Part shown: in pieces, positions 44,438 to 53,312 of the stretch
Numbering within the stretch: the first letter of the stretch is position 1
Layout: every line of letters starts with the position of its first letter
Assembly: GCA_965216875.1 (NCBI GenBank)
Contig: OZ244207.1
Span: 2,592,001 to 2,656,000 of the forward strand
Source of the DNA: Rubripirellula sp.
Lineage (GTDB): Bacteria; Planctomycetota; Planctomycetia; Pirellulales; Pirellulaceae
Direction: 5' to 3'
Length of the DNA stretch: 64,000 nt
Position numbers and translations under genes: made by a program
The notes under the pieces: generated by a model
What the model saw: only the letters and a program-made list of their open reading frames with translations
What the model was told of the DNA's origin: nothing
Databases searched by the model: none

Positions 44438-46171
44438 ATGCGTGATCGGAAACGGATTTTCTTGCTCCCAACCTTGTGCGTCACGATGGCGTCACTGGTT
44501 TGGTTTGCGGGTTGCTCGCAGGCCCCATCGCCTGACGTGCAAGCCGAAGCATCTTTGAAAAAGCCGGGAACAGGTCCGACGGCCGCGGACGCTCTGGCTG
44601 GCGAGACCATTGCGCCTCCAGAACTCGGAGACATCGCGGGCGCCACGGCTTCCTATCAAGTCAACGGTGATACGCTCGTTCAAACCGTCGCTGACGAGGG
44701 CGCGGAAGTCGTTCCCACACCGAAGGGCAAAGAACTCGTTCCCGCTCCCGATGGCAAGAAAGACGAGCCCGGCGACATCGGTGAACCCGAGGACTACAAC
44801 TCTTGGGAAAAACCAGCCGTCGCTCTCTTTCTAACCGGCCAACAACACGGCTACATCGAACCTTGCGGCTGCACCGGGCTCGACAAACAAAAAGGCGGCA
44901 TGGCGCGTCGTTTCACTTTCATGAAACAACTTCGCGACAAGGGCTGGGACCTACTGCCGCTTGATGGTGGAAACCAAGTCAGACGGTTTGGCCGTCAATC
45001 CGAAATCAAGCTGCAACAAACCGCGCGTGCCCTGCACGAAATGGATTACTACTCGGTTGGCTTCGGCCCAGACGACCTGCGACTTGGTGTCGGAGAACTG
45101 CTTTCGGTCGCTGCCGGCGAATCGGAAGAGGAGATGATTTTTGTTTCCTCGAACGTGGTTCTGGTCGACCGCGAGTTCACGCCCGACTACCGCGTGATCA
45201 AAAAGGGTGGGCTCAAAATTGGCGTGACCACGATTCTCGATCCCGAAGAACTGACCGTGCCCGTTGGTGATGAAATCATCGTCGATGACCCCAACGCTTC
45301 ATTGCGTGCCACGTTCGAAAAGATGCGAATCGAAAACCCCGATTTCACCATCGTCACGTTTTTTGGCAAAGAAGAGCGAGCCAAGCTCCTGATGCAAAAC
45401 GTGGTCGGTTTCGATCTCATCGTTGTCGCCGGCGGTTACGGCGAACCGATGTACAAGCCCGCACCGATCAAACGCAGCACCGCGAAGATGATCCTGACGG
45501 GCAACAAGGGAATGTATGCCGGAGTCGTCGGCGTCTATCCCGACAAGTCGTACAAGTACGCCCGCGTCCCGCTGACGCACGAATTTGAAGATGCCCCCGA
45601 AATGCGAAAACTGATGTCCGACTACCAGGATCAATTGCGCGATCTGGGGCTCTCTTCCTTGGGCGTTGAACCGATCCCTCATCCAACGGGGCGCAAGTTC
45701 GTTGGCAGCAAGAAATGCGGCGAGTGCCACACCACGGCGTATGACATTTGGGAAGGCTCGGCTCACTTCGAAGCAACCGAACACATCGTCAAGCCTCCTA
45801 AAGAACGAGGCGACATTGCCCGTCACTTCGATCCCGAGTGCATCAGTTGTCACGTCACTGGCTGGAACCCACAAAACTACTATCCGTACGCAAGCGGGTA
45901 CCTTTCGCTCGAGGCGAGCCAACACTTGCTTGGCAATGGCTGCGAAAACTGCCATGGTCCCGGCGCGGAACACTCCGCTGCCGAAGCCGAGGGCTCGGGC
46001 GCAACCGATGACCTGCTGGCTGAACTGCGCGATCAAATGAAACTGTCGCTCGAGAACGCGCGCGAAAAGTGCATGGAATGCCACGACTTGGACAACAGCC
46101 CTGACTTTCATCAGGACGATGCGTTCGAAGACGAGTATTGGCCCGAAATCGAACACTACGGCTTGGACTAG
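44438..46171 (+). CDS. lipoprotein: metallophosphoesterase-like domain plus tetraheme cytochrome c (c554-like)
   Basis: FAGC lipobox; GYIEPCGC...GGMARR, DGGN; four CxxCH motifs (CGECH, CISCH, CENCH, CMECH). Confidence 0.88.
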   Translation: MRDRKRIFLLPTLCVTMASLVWFAGCSQAPSPDVQAEASLKKPGTGPTAADALAGETIAPPELGDIAGATASYQVNGDTLVQTVADEGAEVVPTPKGKELVPAPDGKKDEPGDIGEPEDYNSWEKPAVALFLTGQQHGYIEPCGCTGLDKQKGGMARRFTFMKQLRDKGWDLLPLDGGNQVRRFGRQSEIKLQQTARALHEMDYYSVGFGPDDLRLGVGELLSVAAGESEEEMIFVSSNVVLVDREFTPDYRVIKKGGLKIGVTTILDPEELTVPVGDEIIVDDPNASLRATFEKMRIENPDFTIVTFFGKEERAKLLMQNVVGFDLIVVAGGYGEPMYKPAPIKRSTAKMILTGNKGMYAGVVGVYPDKSYKYARVPLTHEFEDAPEMRKLMSDYQDQLRDLGLSSLGVEPIPHPTGRKFVGSKKCGECHTTAYDIWEGSAHFEATEHIVKPPKERGDIARHFDPECISCHVTGWNPQNYYPYASGYLSLEASQHLLGNGCENCHGPGAEHSAAEAEGSGATDDLLAELRDQMKLSLENAREKCMECHDLDNSPDFHQDDAFEDEYWPEIEHYGLD

Positions 46172-46210
46172 CGCTTGACACAAGCTGGCAAGCCGTCAAT
46201 CGCGTTGCGT

Positions 46211-46670
46211 TTAGTTGCGTATTTGATCCCTGCGGTAGCGAATTGGACTCACTCCCATTTTTCGCCGGAACGCCACGGACAGACACTCCTGACTCTGGAA
46301 TCCCGTTCGGACCGCAAATTGGGTCGCCGTCAAATCGGTTTCTCGCAGCAATTGGCAAACGCGTTCCATCCGTTGGTGATTGATTTCTTCGTGGATGTTT
46401 CGACCGACAAACTGCCGAAACCGAATTTCCAACGCACGTCGTGAAACGGGCACCTCGTCCAGGATGTCCTTCACCTTGATGCCAACGCGCGAGTTGCCCC
46501 CAAACTCCTGCCCTTGCGTCCTCCGCACGCTTCGTGGTGATTCGCACCAACCTGAATACGCTTTTCTAGTGCGCGCAAAAAGGAGTCTAAGTAGAGCAAC
46601 CGCAGACCGACACGAATGAACGCAGATACCGCGACTCTCGAACAGCGTTCATCCACGTCGATCGGCGGTC
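46211..46670 (-). pseudogene. remnant of a XylR-type (LacI/AraC) regulator, AraC HTH only
   Basis: GIKVKDIL..VPVSRRALEIRF...GF.....SVAFRR..GVSP..YR; upstream linker-like pieces lie in another frame; no sensor domain. Confidence 0.65.
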
Positions 46671-46775
46671 GTCAAACCTCCGCACCTCATCGCAACATCG
46701 ATTTCTCGGACTGCAGCGAATTGGCTCGTGCACGGATTCCGAACAGATCGCGATGTGACGGATAATTTCTCTACG

Positions 46776-46814
46776 AAAAAAGCCACGCTGGGAATCGCAT
46801 CCCAGCGTGGCTTT
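46776..46814 (-). terminator. intrinsic terminator (possibly bidirectional)
   Basis: AAAGCCACGCTGGGA-ATCGCA-TCCCAGCGTGGCTTT with an A6 run giving a U-tract on the minus strand. Confidence 0.88.
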
Positions 46815-46841
46815 CTATTCTTTGAATTAGGTCCTGCCGGC

Positions 46842-48185
46842 TTAGCGACCGCGAAGCAGTTCGGCGATACCGAAGGTGAAGAAGGTACCGATACCGAAGT
46901 TAAGTAGCTCTTCTTCGCACTTGTATTGAAGGATCAATGTGTCGCCTGCTTGCACCAATGGTCTTGCTCGTGGATCGTTGACCGCCTCTGCCAAGTCGAC
47001 TTCGATCGCAATTTGTCCGTTGCAACGAGTCTTACGAAGGACGTAGAGCTTTCCTGGTGGCACGCTTGTGAAGCCGCCGCCGATGCCGCCACTTTGACCA
47101 CGGTTGTTTTGGCTACCGACAACGCCTTGCCCAGCGATTGCCATCGCACCGAGGACGTCAAGGTCATAGTCACGTGGCAGTGGGAACTCGCCGCCCTGGA
47201 GCAATCCACCGGTGTAGAACACTTCGGTCTCTCGGTTTTCGATGTAGACGATGTCACCATCCTGCAGCTCGACATCCTCAGCCGAAAGATCAGGAATCAC
47301 ACCTGGCTTGACTCGCAACGGAATCCTCAGAATCGACGGATCGTCTGGAAGTTCCGGAGGGCAAACACATGGGTCATGGGAAGCACATTCTTGCTGGGCC
47401 CAGAAAGCTTGCATGAATTGTGCCCGTTTACGTTGGTCGGCTTGCGAAGCTCGCAAAACCTTCACTTCGTTCTTGGCATTGAGCCCAGGCAGACCACCGG
47501 TTTGAACCAGAGCGTGCAAGATGTCGTTTTGGTATGCAGGTAGTTTGACCAACGAACCTGCAGCCGAACGATCATCGTACCGCGTGTTTGCACCACCATC
47601 GCCGCCGACTCCACCAGCGTCTTCACGCACCACGATGATGTCGTAGGTTCGCTCCTTGATCAGCGTGACGATCGGACGAGCTTTTTCGGGACGCAGAATA
47701 TCGTTGTCGATGTAGGCGTCGCGAATCGCGTCTCGGACCTGCTCGAGCGTCAAACCATCGACATCGAGTGGTTCGATCAGCGGAAGCGAAAGCGTACCGT
47801 CGTCCTGGACCGCGATTGGATAACCGATCGACGGAGGCAACGTGCTTTCCGCATCCGGGAAGTTCACTGGCGGCGGCTCGGGCGGAGCGTTCGGCGGGTT
47901 GAAGGGAAGAACACCTTCAACGTAGACACCGAGAATATCACCACCCGAGATTTGGTAGTCACGGGGCGGCTCTACCGTAAGCAACGAGATGTCGATAGGC
48001 ACCAAGTCGTTCTTGGGCTCAGCAAAGAACTCTGAAGGAACGCGCCTCGCTGGAACACCATCGATTGGTTGCGTCAGTGTTGAGCAACCGGTCGCAGCCG
48101 TTACCACCAGACCTGTGGCCACGGCAGTCACAGCGTTGCGCAGCATCCGAGCTGCTCGCTTGCCGACTGAAAGTTTCGTTCTCAT
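46842..48185 (-). CDS. polysaccharide export lipoprotein (Wza-like)
   Basis: ATGC lipobox, Y.ISGGDIL, DGTLSLPLI, SLBB-like segments and a C-terminal amphipathic helix. Confidence 0.88.
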   Translation of the reverse strand: MRTKLSVGKRAARMLRNAVTAVATGLVVTAATGCSTLTQPIDGVPARRVPSEFFAEPKNDLVPIDISLLTVEPPRDYQISGGDILGVYVEGVLPFNPPNAPPEPPPVNFPDAESTLPPSIGYPIAVQDDGTLSLPLIEPLDVDGLTLEQVRDAIRDAYIDNDILRPEKARPIVTLIKERTYDIIVVREDAGGVGGDGGANTRYDDRSAAGSLVKLPAYQNDILHALVQTGGLPGLNAKNEVKVLRASQADQRKRAQFMQAFWAQQECASHDPCVCPPELPDDPSILRIPLRVKPGVIPDLSAEDVELQDGDIVYIENRETEVFYTGGLLQGGEFPLPRDYDLDVLGAMAIAGQGVVGSQNNRGQSGGIGGGFTSVPPGKLYVLRKTRCNGQIAIEVDLAEAVNDPRARPLVQAGDTLILQYKCEEELLNFGIGTFFTFGIAELLRGR

Positions 48186-48256
48186 CCCTGAACTCTCTTC
48201 CTAAGACCCAAATATGGATTGCGTCGCTTGCCGCTTCCCGCGACCAGCTGTGTTGA

Positions 48257-49210
48257 TTATTCGAAGGTAAACGGAAGCTCGTCGCCCGTCTCTTGATTAT
48301 CGCTTGTGATGGGTGCGAACATTTCTACGGCACCGGTATCGGCGATGTTGGTTTCGATTGGCCCTGGCTCAACTCGCTTGGCAACATCAAAACGGGAAAC
48401 CAACTCATCGTTCGATTGATTGGTTTGCGTAAAGTCCTGGCTATCCACGGGGGTGCTAAACACCGCTTCTGGAATTGGCGGGACGATTTCCTCTGCCTCG
48501 GTCGGATGACCATGATTCAGATCGACCGGCCCCTCCTGAATGATCTCCCCGGGTACAGGTTGACCATCTGGGTAGAAGGGATTGGGCTGACCTTCGACAG
48601 CTTCTCCGTCAACCGGAAAGACTGCGACGGGCTTCGGTGTGAAGGCGGATGAGGAGCGGATTTCTTGGAAGTGTCCGATCCCAGCTTGCTCGGCTGCCTT
48701 GACACCCATCGGATATCCGGCAAACCAGTTGTTAACAGTTTGCTGCCCTTGGGCCGACTGGTATCGCCATCCCCAATAGGCTTGTGGTGCGATGTTTGGC
48801 GTGCAGCCAGGACCTCCCGATGCAACCTCAATGTATCCCGCTTCAAAGCCTTCGCGGAATCCGGGTTGATCGCCACAACGGAACATGTGCTTTTGGCAAT
48901 GCCATGCCTTGGCAGCCATCGCTTTGTTGCGATAGTCAATCATGAACTCGTCGATACAATCAGACTTATTGATCGCCTGACTGAGACCTTTGAACATCGT
49001 GCACCCAGTTGAGCCGGTGACGGCAAAACCTAGTACGGTGGCAGCAAAAATTCGTCGCATCATGCGACGCTGGCGACGTCGAGCGTCGGTGTTCGATTCT
49101 GGTGCGTCTGACGCACGTTTTGAACGAATCGCCATCTGGCCCCCCTTGGCAGCAACGGCATTCGGTGGAGTTCTAGTCATGCAAGTCGTACGGGTTGTGC
49201 TGGTTAGCAC
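48257..49210 (-). CDS. hypothetical lipoprotein upstream of Wza
   Basis: STGC lipobox, GFREGFEAGY and WFAGY..G motifs, Pro/acidic tail; start uncertain. Confidence 0.7.
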   Translation of the reverse strand: MLTSTTRTTCMTRTPPNAVAAKGGQMAIRSKRASDAPESNTDARRRQRRMMRRIFAATVLGFAVTGSTGCTMFKGLSQAINKSDCIDEFMIDYRNKAMAAKAWHCQKHMFRCGDQPGFREGFEAGYIEVASGGPGCTPNIAPQAYWGWRYQSAQGQQTVNNWFAGYPMGVKAAEQAGIGHFQEIRSSSAFTPKPVAVFPVDGEAVEGQPNPFYPDGQPVPGEIIQEGPVDLNHGHPTEAEEIVPPIPEAVFSTPVDSQDFTQTNQSNDELVSRFDVAKRVEPGPIETNIADTGAVEMFAPITSDNQETGDELPFTFE

Positions 49211-49584
49211 CCCGCTCTGGCATCTTTATCGCCGCATCAGCCTTCCGGGATTAGTCAAAAGTGCGGGAAGTTCCAGCTGTAGCGATTTTGACGACCATTC
49301 GACGGCTAGCGATCGCTTGCCCTATGCCGGTCGCAAAGGCGGAGATGAGGGCGCAAACCATCGCAAATCGTGAAAACATGGCTAATTTTCGAGATAACCC
49401 GTATTGAGCTGGAACTCGACTTCTATACTGCGGATCTACACATAACGAACTGATTTGGTGAACAGGATGCCAGCTGAAATGCCCCTTCAGCGCTGAGTGC
49501 ACCCCGGGTCCGACAGCATCTTCTGAGGCTGCACAGAGCCCCCAGCCACCCAGGCTTCGCTTTTCTCGTTGATTTCATTCCTAG

Positions 49585-51123
49585 ATGATGACTTGGTTGA
49601 CAGCGGTATCTTTCGCGCTCTCTTTGGTCGCAGCATTGGTCTTCGTTCCAGTGGTGCGTTCAGCAGCCGTCGCGCTGGGGATCGTCGATCAGCCTGACCG
49701 AGACCGAAAGCTGCAACGACGCCCCGTTGCGCTTGGCGGTGGCTTGGCGGTTTTCATGGCACTGACGGCTGCCTTCATTGGGACGATCTGGTTTGACCGC
49801 AACTTCATCAATCAAACGCTTGGCGAAGTCGACAGCAACTGGTTTGTCCTGTTCGGTGCCGCCGCTGCGATGCTACTTGTCGGGCTTGTCGACGACGCCT
49901 GGACTCTACGCGGACGCCAGAAGCTGTTGCTTCAGTTTTTGATCATCAGCGTTCTCGTCGGAAACGGTACGCTCATCGATGAACTTTCTATCTTGGGTAT
50001 GGAGTTCCATCTCGGATTCCTCGCCGTTCCAGTGACCATTGTCTGGTTGATCCTGTCGGTCAATGCGCTCAACCTGATCGACGGTGCTGACGGCATGGCA
50101 ACGACGGCCGGGTGCATCATTTGTACCGGGTTTGGCGTTCTTAGCCTTCGCGGCGATCCGTCACTTACTCCGATCATGGCTTTCGCGCTCGCTGGAGCCC
50201 TGCTCGGTTTCCTCGTTTTCAACCGCCCGCCTGCAAGTATTTACCTTGGGGACGCGGGCAGCATGGCGATCGGACTTTGCGTCGGTGTGCTTGCGGTTTG
50301 GAGTAGCGTCAAGGAATCGACAGTACTTGCGTCAGCGCCGGTTGCCATTCTAGCCATTCCACTTTTTGACTCGACCGCAGCGATACTAAGACGTTGGCTC
50401 ACCGGTCGCAGCATTTACACGACCGATCGAGCCCACCTTCACCACCTGCTTCAGGAGAGATACGGGCCGGTTAAGATGCTGCTGGTGGTTGCGGTTCTTT
50501 GCGGGACCACGACGTCGCTGGCTGTTCTTTCGGTCGTCCTTCACCAACCTTGGCTCTGTATCGTTGGTGTCATCCTTGTGTTGGCATTGCTGATTCTTAC
50601 CCGCTCGTTTGGGCATGCCGAATTCCGGTTGCTCGTTGGCCGCGCTACCCACTTTGCTCAGTCGTTTGCCACGGCACCTCGACACCACCGAAGACTCGCC
50701 TTACAAGGCTCTGGCAACTGGGAAACGATCTGGGAACCACTCGTTGCATTCGCCAAGAATCATGATCTGTCGAAGATCAAAATCGATCTAAACTTGTCAT
50801 GGATCCAAGAAGGCTACCACGCCATGTGGCAAAGCAACCATCTTCCCGAAAAGACGCGCCAGCTGAGTATCAGCTTGCCGTTCTTTACGACGAGGTCCGA
50901 TGGCTCCCAAATGCAAATCGGCCGCCTCGAGATCATAGCTCATGCGACCGACCAGTCCGTTTACCAGCAGGTGGCTTCGCTGGCAGACATGCTCGAAGAC
51001 CTGGGGCCCCAAATCGATGTGATCGTTGGCAAACTTGAGCAGCAACGCGGGGCAGCGTCCGCCGCGACGCCCATTGCGGAAGACAACGGTGCCCGCCAAC
51101 CGATGACCGCTTCTTCAAGCTGA
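49585..51123 (+). CDS. MraY/WecA family initiating transferase with a C-terminal soluble extension
   Basis: ALGGG, GLVDD, NALNLIDGADG, IYLGDAGS and DRAHLHH. Confidence 0.92.
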   Translation: MMTWLTAVSFALSLVAALVFVPVVRSAAVALGIVDQPDRDRKLQRRPVALGGGLAVFMALTAAFIGTIWFDRNFINQTLGEVDSNWFVLFGAAAAMLLVGLVDDAWTLRGRQKLLLQFLIISVLVGNGTLIDELSILGMEFHLGFLAVPVTIVWLILSVNALNLIDGADGMATTAGCIICTGFGVLSLRGDPSLTPIMAFALAGALLGFLVFNRPPASIYLGDAGSMAIGLCVGVLAVWSSVKESTVLASAPVAILAIPLFDSTAAILRRWLTGRSIYTTDRAHLHHLLQERYGPVKMLLVVAVLCGTTTSLAVLSVVLHQPWLCIVGVILVLALLILTRSFGHAEFRLLVGRATHFAQSFATAPRHHRRLALQGSGNWETIWEPLVAFAKNHDLSKIKIDLNLSWIQEGYHAMWQSNHLPEKTRQLSISLPFFTTRSDGSQMQIGRLEIIAHATDQSVYQQVASLADMLEDLGPQIDVIVGKLEQQRGAASAATPIAEDNGARQPMTASSS

Positions 51124-51711
51124 CCAAACTTGCCAGCGTCCTCCCCGGCAAGTTCAGATTCTTGGCTGCACCGCCGCCCTGCCGCTTCGGCGCCTCGATG
51201 CCAGACCGCTTGCCCTGACAATCGGAATGACGGGAACAACTGCGCGGGCGAAGCCGTCTTATTTGAATCACGACCAACGCTCTCGCGCGTCATGATTCGG
51301 AGTAGTCGCGCTGACTGTCGCGATCGTCCTGATTAGCCGTTTTGCAGTGCTCGCCCGCCATTCAAATGGCTGCCCAAGAATCACTAATCCTTGTCAATTT
51401 CGAGCGGATGGATCATCCTGACCCTGGCGTCAAAGCCGCGCTTTTTCTCGGCCGCTCGAGCTTCGTTTAGCTTGCACGCACTCGCCCCCCTTCTGGGGTT
51501 GCACGTTTGAGAATGCCAACAACCTATCAATTCGATTTAGGGCTGCCACCCACGTGGACGAAGTCCGCGCAGACCGACGATTTGCGGTGTGAACATTTCA
51601 CGAAGACTTGTAGAATCCAACGGCTTGGTTGATCAAAGCGACCACACAATTCACGATCAAAAGCCAACCTAGCAACTGGGGCTGAAGTGCCCCAAACGTG
51701 CGAGTTCTAAT

Positions 51712-52266
51712 TTGCCAATTCTGCCTGCCGAACCTGATTGTCATCCACCCGAGCTGCTCGAGGACGAACAGTGCGAGAATGCTGATTGGTGGCTCCTTTA
51801 CACCAAGAGCCGGCAAGAAAAACAACTGATGCGTCAGCTTCGCGAGCTCGATGTGTCACACTACGCACCGCAAATCGCCCATCGTCGACGTTCACCCGCA
51901 GGCCGAATTCGTACCACCTACGCGCCACTTTTTAACAACTATGTCTTTCTGTGTGGCGATGACGAATCCCGATACCACGCCGTCTGCACGGGCCGCGTGC
52001 AAAAGTTCACACCGATCACTGACGTTGCCAAGTTCGTGGGCGACCTTCGTCAGATCCGCAACCTGATCAACCTTGGCGTTCCCCTTACTCTGGAAAGCCG
52101 ACTTGAGCCTGGCCAACAGGTCCGAGTCCGCAACGGCGCCTTTGCCGGTTATGAAGGGACCATCCTCAGACGCGAACAGGAAACTCGTTTGCTGGTCTCG
52201 GTTCAATTCATGGACCAGGGCGTGAGCGTCAAGCTCGAAGACTGCCAATTGGAACCCATCGGTTAG
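51712..52266 (+). CDS. NusG-paralog antiterminator (UpxY/RfaH-like)
   Basis: WWLLYTKSRQEK, PLFNNYVF and KOW motif GQQVRVRNGAFAGYEG; first gene of the polysaccharide operon. Confidence 0.92.
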   Translation: MPILPAEPDCHPPELLEDEQCENADWWLLYTKSRQEKQLMRQLRELDVSHYAPQIAHRRRSPAGRIRTTYAPLFNNYVFLCGDDESRYHAVCTGRVQKFTPITDVAKFVGDLRQIRNLINLGVPLTLESRLEPGQQVRVRNGAFAGYEGTILRREQETRLLVSVQFMDQGVSVKLEDCQLEPIG

Positions 52267-52281
52267 AGAAGGCCTCGCACC

Positions 52282-53277
52282 CTGTCTCCCATTGCATTCA
52301 TCACTGGAATCACGGGTCAAGATGGCTCCTATTTGACCGAGCGGTTACTCGAGAAAGGGTATGTCGTTCACGGCATCGTACGGCGCAGCAGTTCGACCGT
52401 GCGTACTCGGATCGACCAACTTTTTCATGACAAAGACGTTTACGACAAGCGTCTCTTTTTGCATTACGCCGACTTAGATGACACCACCGCCATTCGGCGG
52501 ATCCTGATCAAAACCCAGCCCGACGAACTCTATCACCTCGCCGGGCAGAGTCATGTTGGTGTGAGTTTTGAAATCCCCGAAACAACCTGCCAGTTCACGG
52601 CGATGGGCACACTCAAGCTGCTCGAAATCGTCAGAGACCTTTCCAAGCAACCTAAGTTTCTTCACATCAGCAGCAGCGAGATCTTTGGACGCCCAGAGCA
52701 GTTTCCACAAAATGAACAAACGCCAATGCGTCCGGTCACACCCTACGGCATCGCAAAAACCTTTGCGACGCAAATGGTCCAGCTCTACCGCGACTCCTTC
52801 GGCCTCTTCGCCTGCAACGCAATCTGTTACAACCACGAATCACCTCGACGTGGCGAGTCCTTTGTCACGCGCAAAATCACTCGCGCCGCTGCAATGATTT
52901 CGCTCGGCCTACAAGACAAGTTGCTGCTTGGATCGCTCGACGCGCAGCGTGATTGGGGTTATGCCCCCGAATACGTTGACGCGATGTGGCGAATGCTCCA
53001 GCGATCGACTGCCGATGACTACGTTCTGGCAACGGGCACCACGAATTCTGTCGAAGACTTTCTTCAAGCCTCGTTCGAGGCGGTGAATTTGAACTGGCGT
53101 GATTGTGTCGAAACGGACCCACGTTTCATTCGCCCGGCCGAAGTTTCGAAGCTTGTCGGCGACCCCAGTGCTGCAGCCAACAAACTCGACTGGCGCGCCA
53201 AGACGACGCTCCCCGAGCTTGCCGCAATCATGGTCGACCATGATCTACGTCGCTGCCATGAAAATGGCAGACGCTAA
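52282..53277 (+). CDS. gmd: GDP-mannose 4,6-dehydratase (non-canonical start)
   Basis: in-frame AFITGITGQDGSYL at 52294-52335 precedes the listed TTG; LAGQSHV, YNHESPRRG..FVTRKI and RDWG. Confidence 0.93.
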   Translation: MSPIAFITGITGQDGSYLTERLLEKGYVVHGIVRRSSSTVRTRIDQLFHDKDVYDKRLFLHYADLDDTTAIRRILIKTQPDELYHLAGQSHVGVSFEIPETTCQFTAMGTLKLLEIVRDLSKQPKFLHISSSEIFGRPEQFPQNEQTPMRPVTPYGIAKTFATQMVQLYRDSFGLFACNAICYNHESPRRGESFVTRKITRAAAMISLGLQDKLLLGSLDAQRDWGYAPEYVDAMWRMLQRSTADDYVLATGTTNSVEDFLQASFEAVNLNWRDCVETDPRFIRPAEVSKLVGDPSAAANKLDWRAKTTLPELAAIMVDHDLRRCHENGRR

Positions 53278-53312
53278 ACCGCGGGTTTACCTGCGTTAGC
53301 CCGAAAAACACC

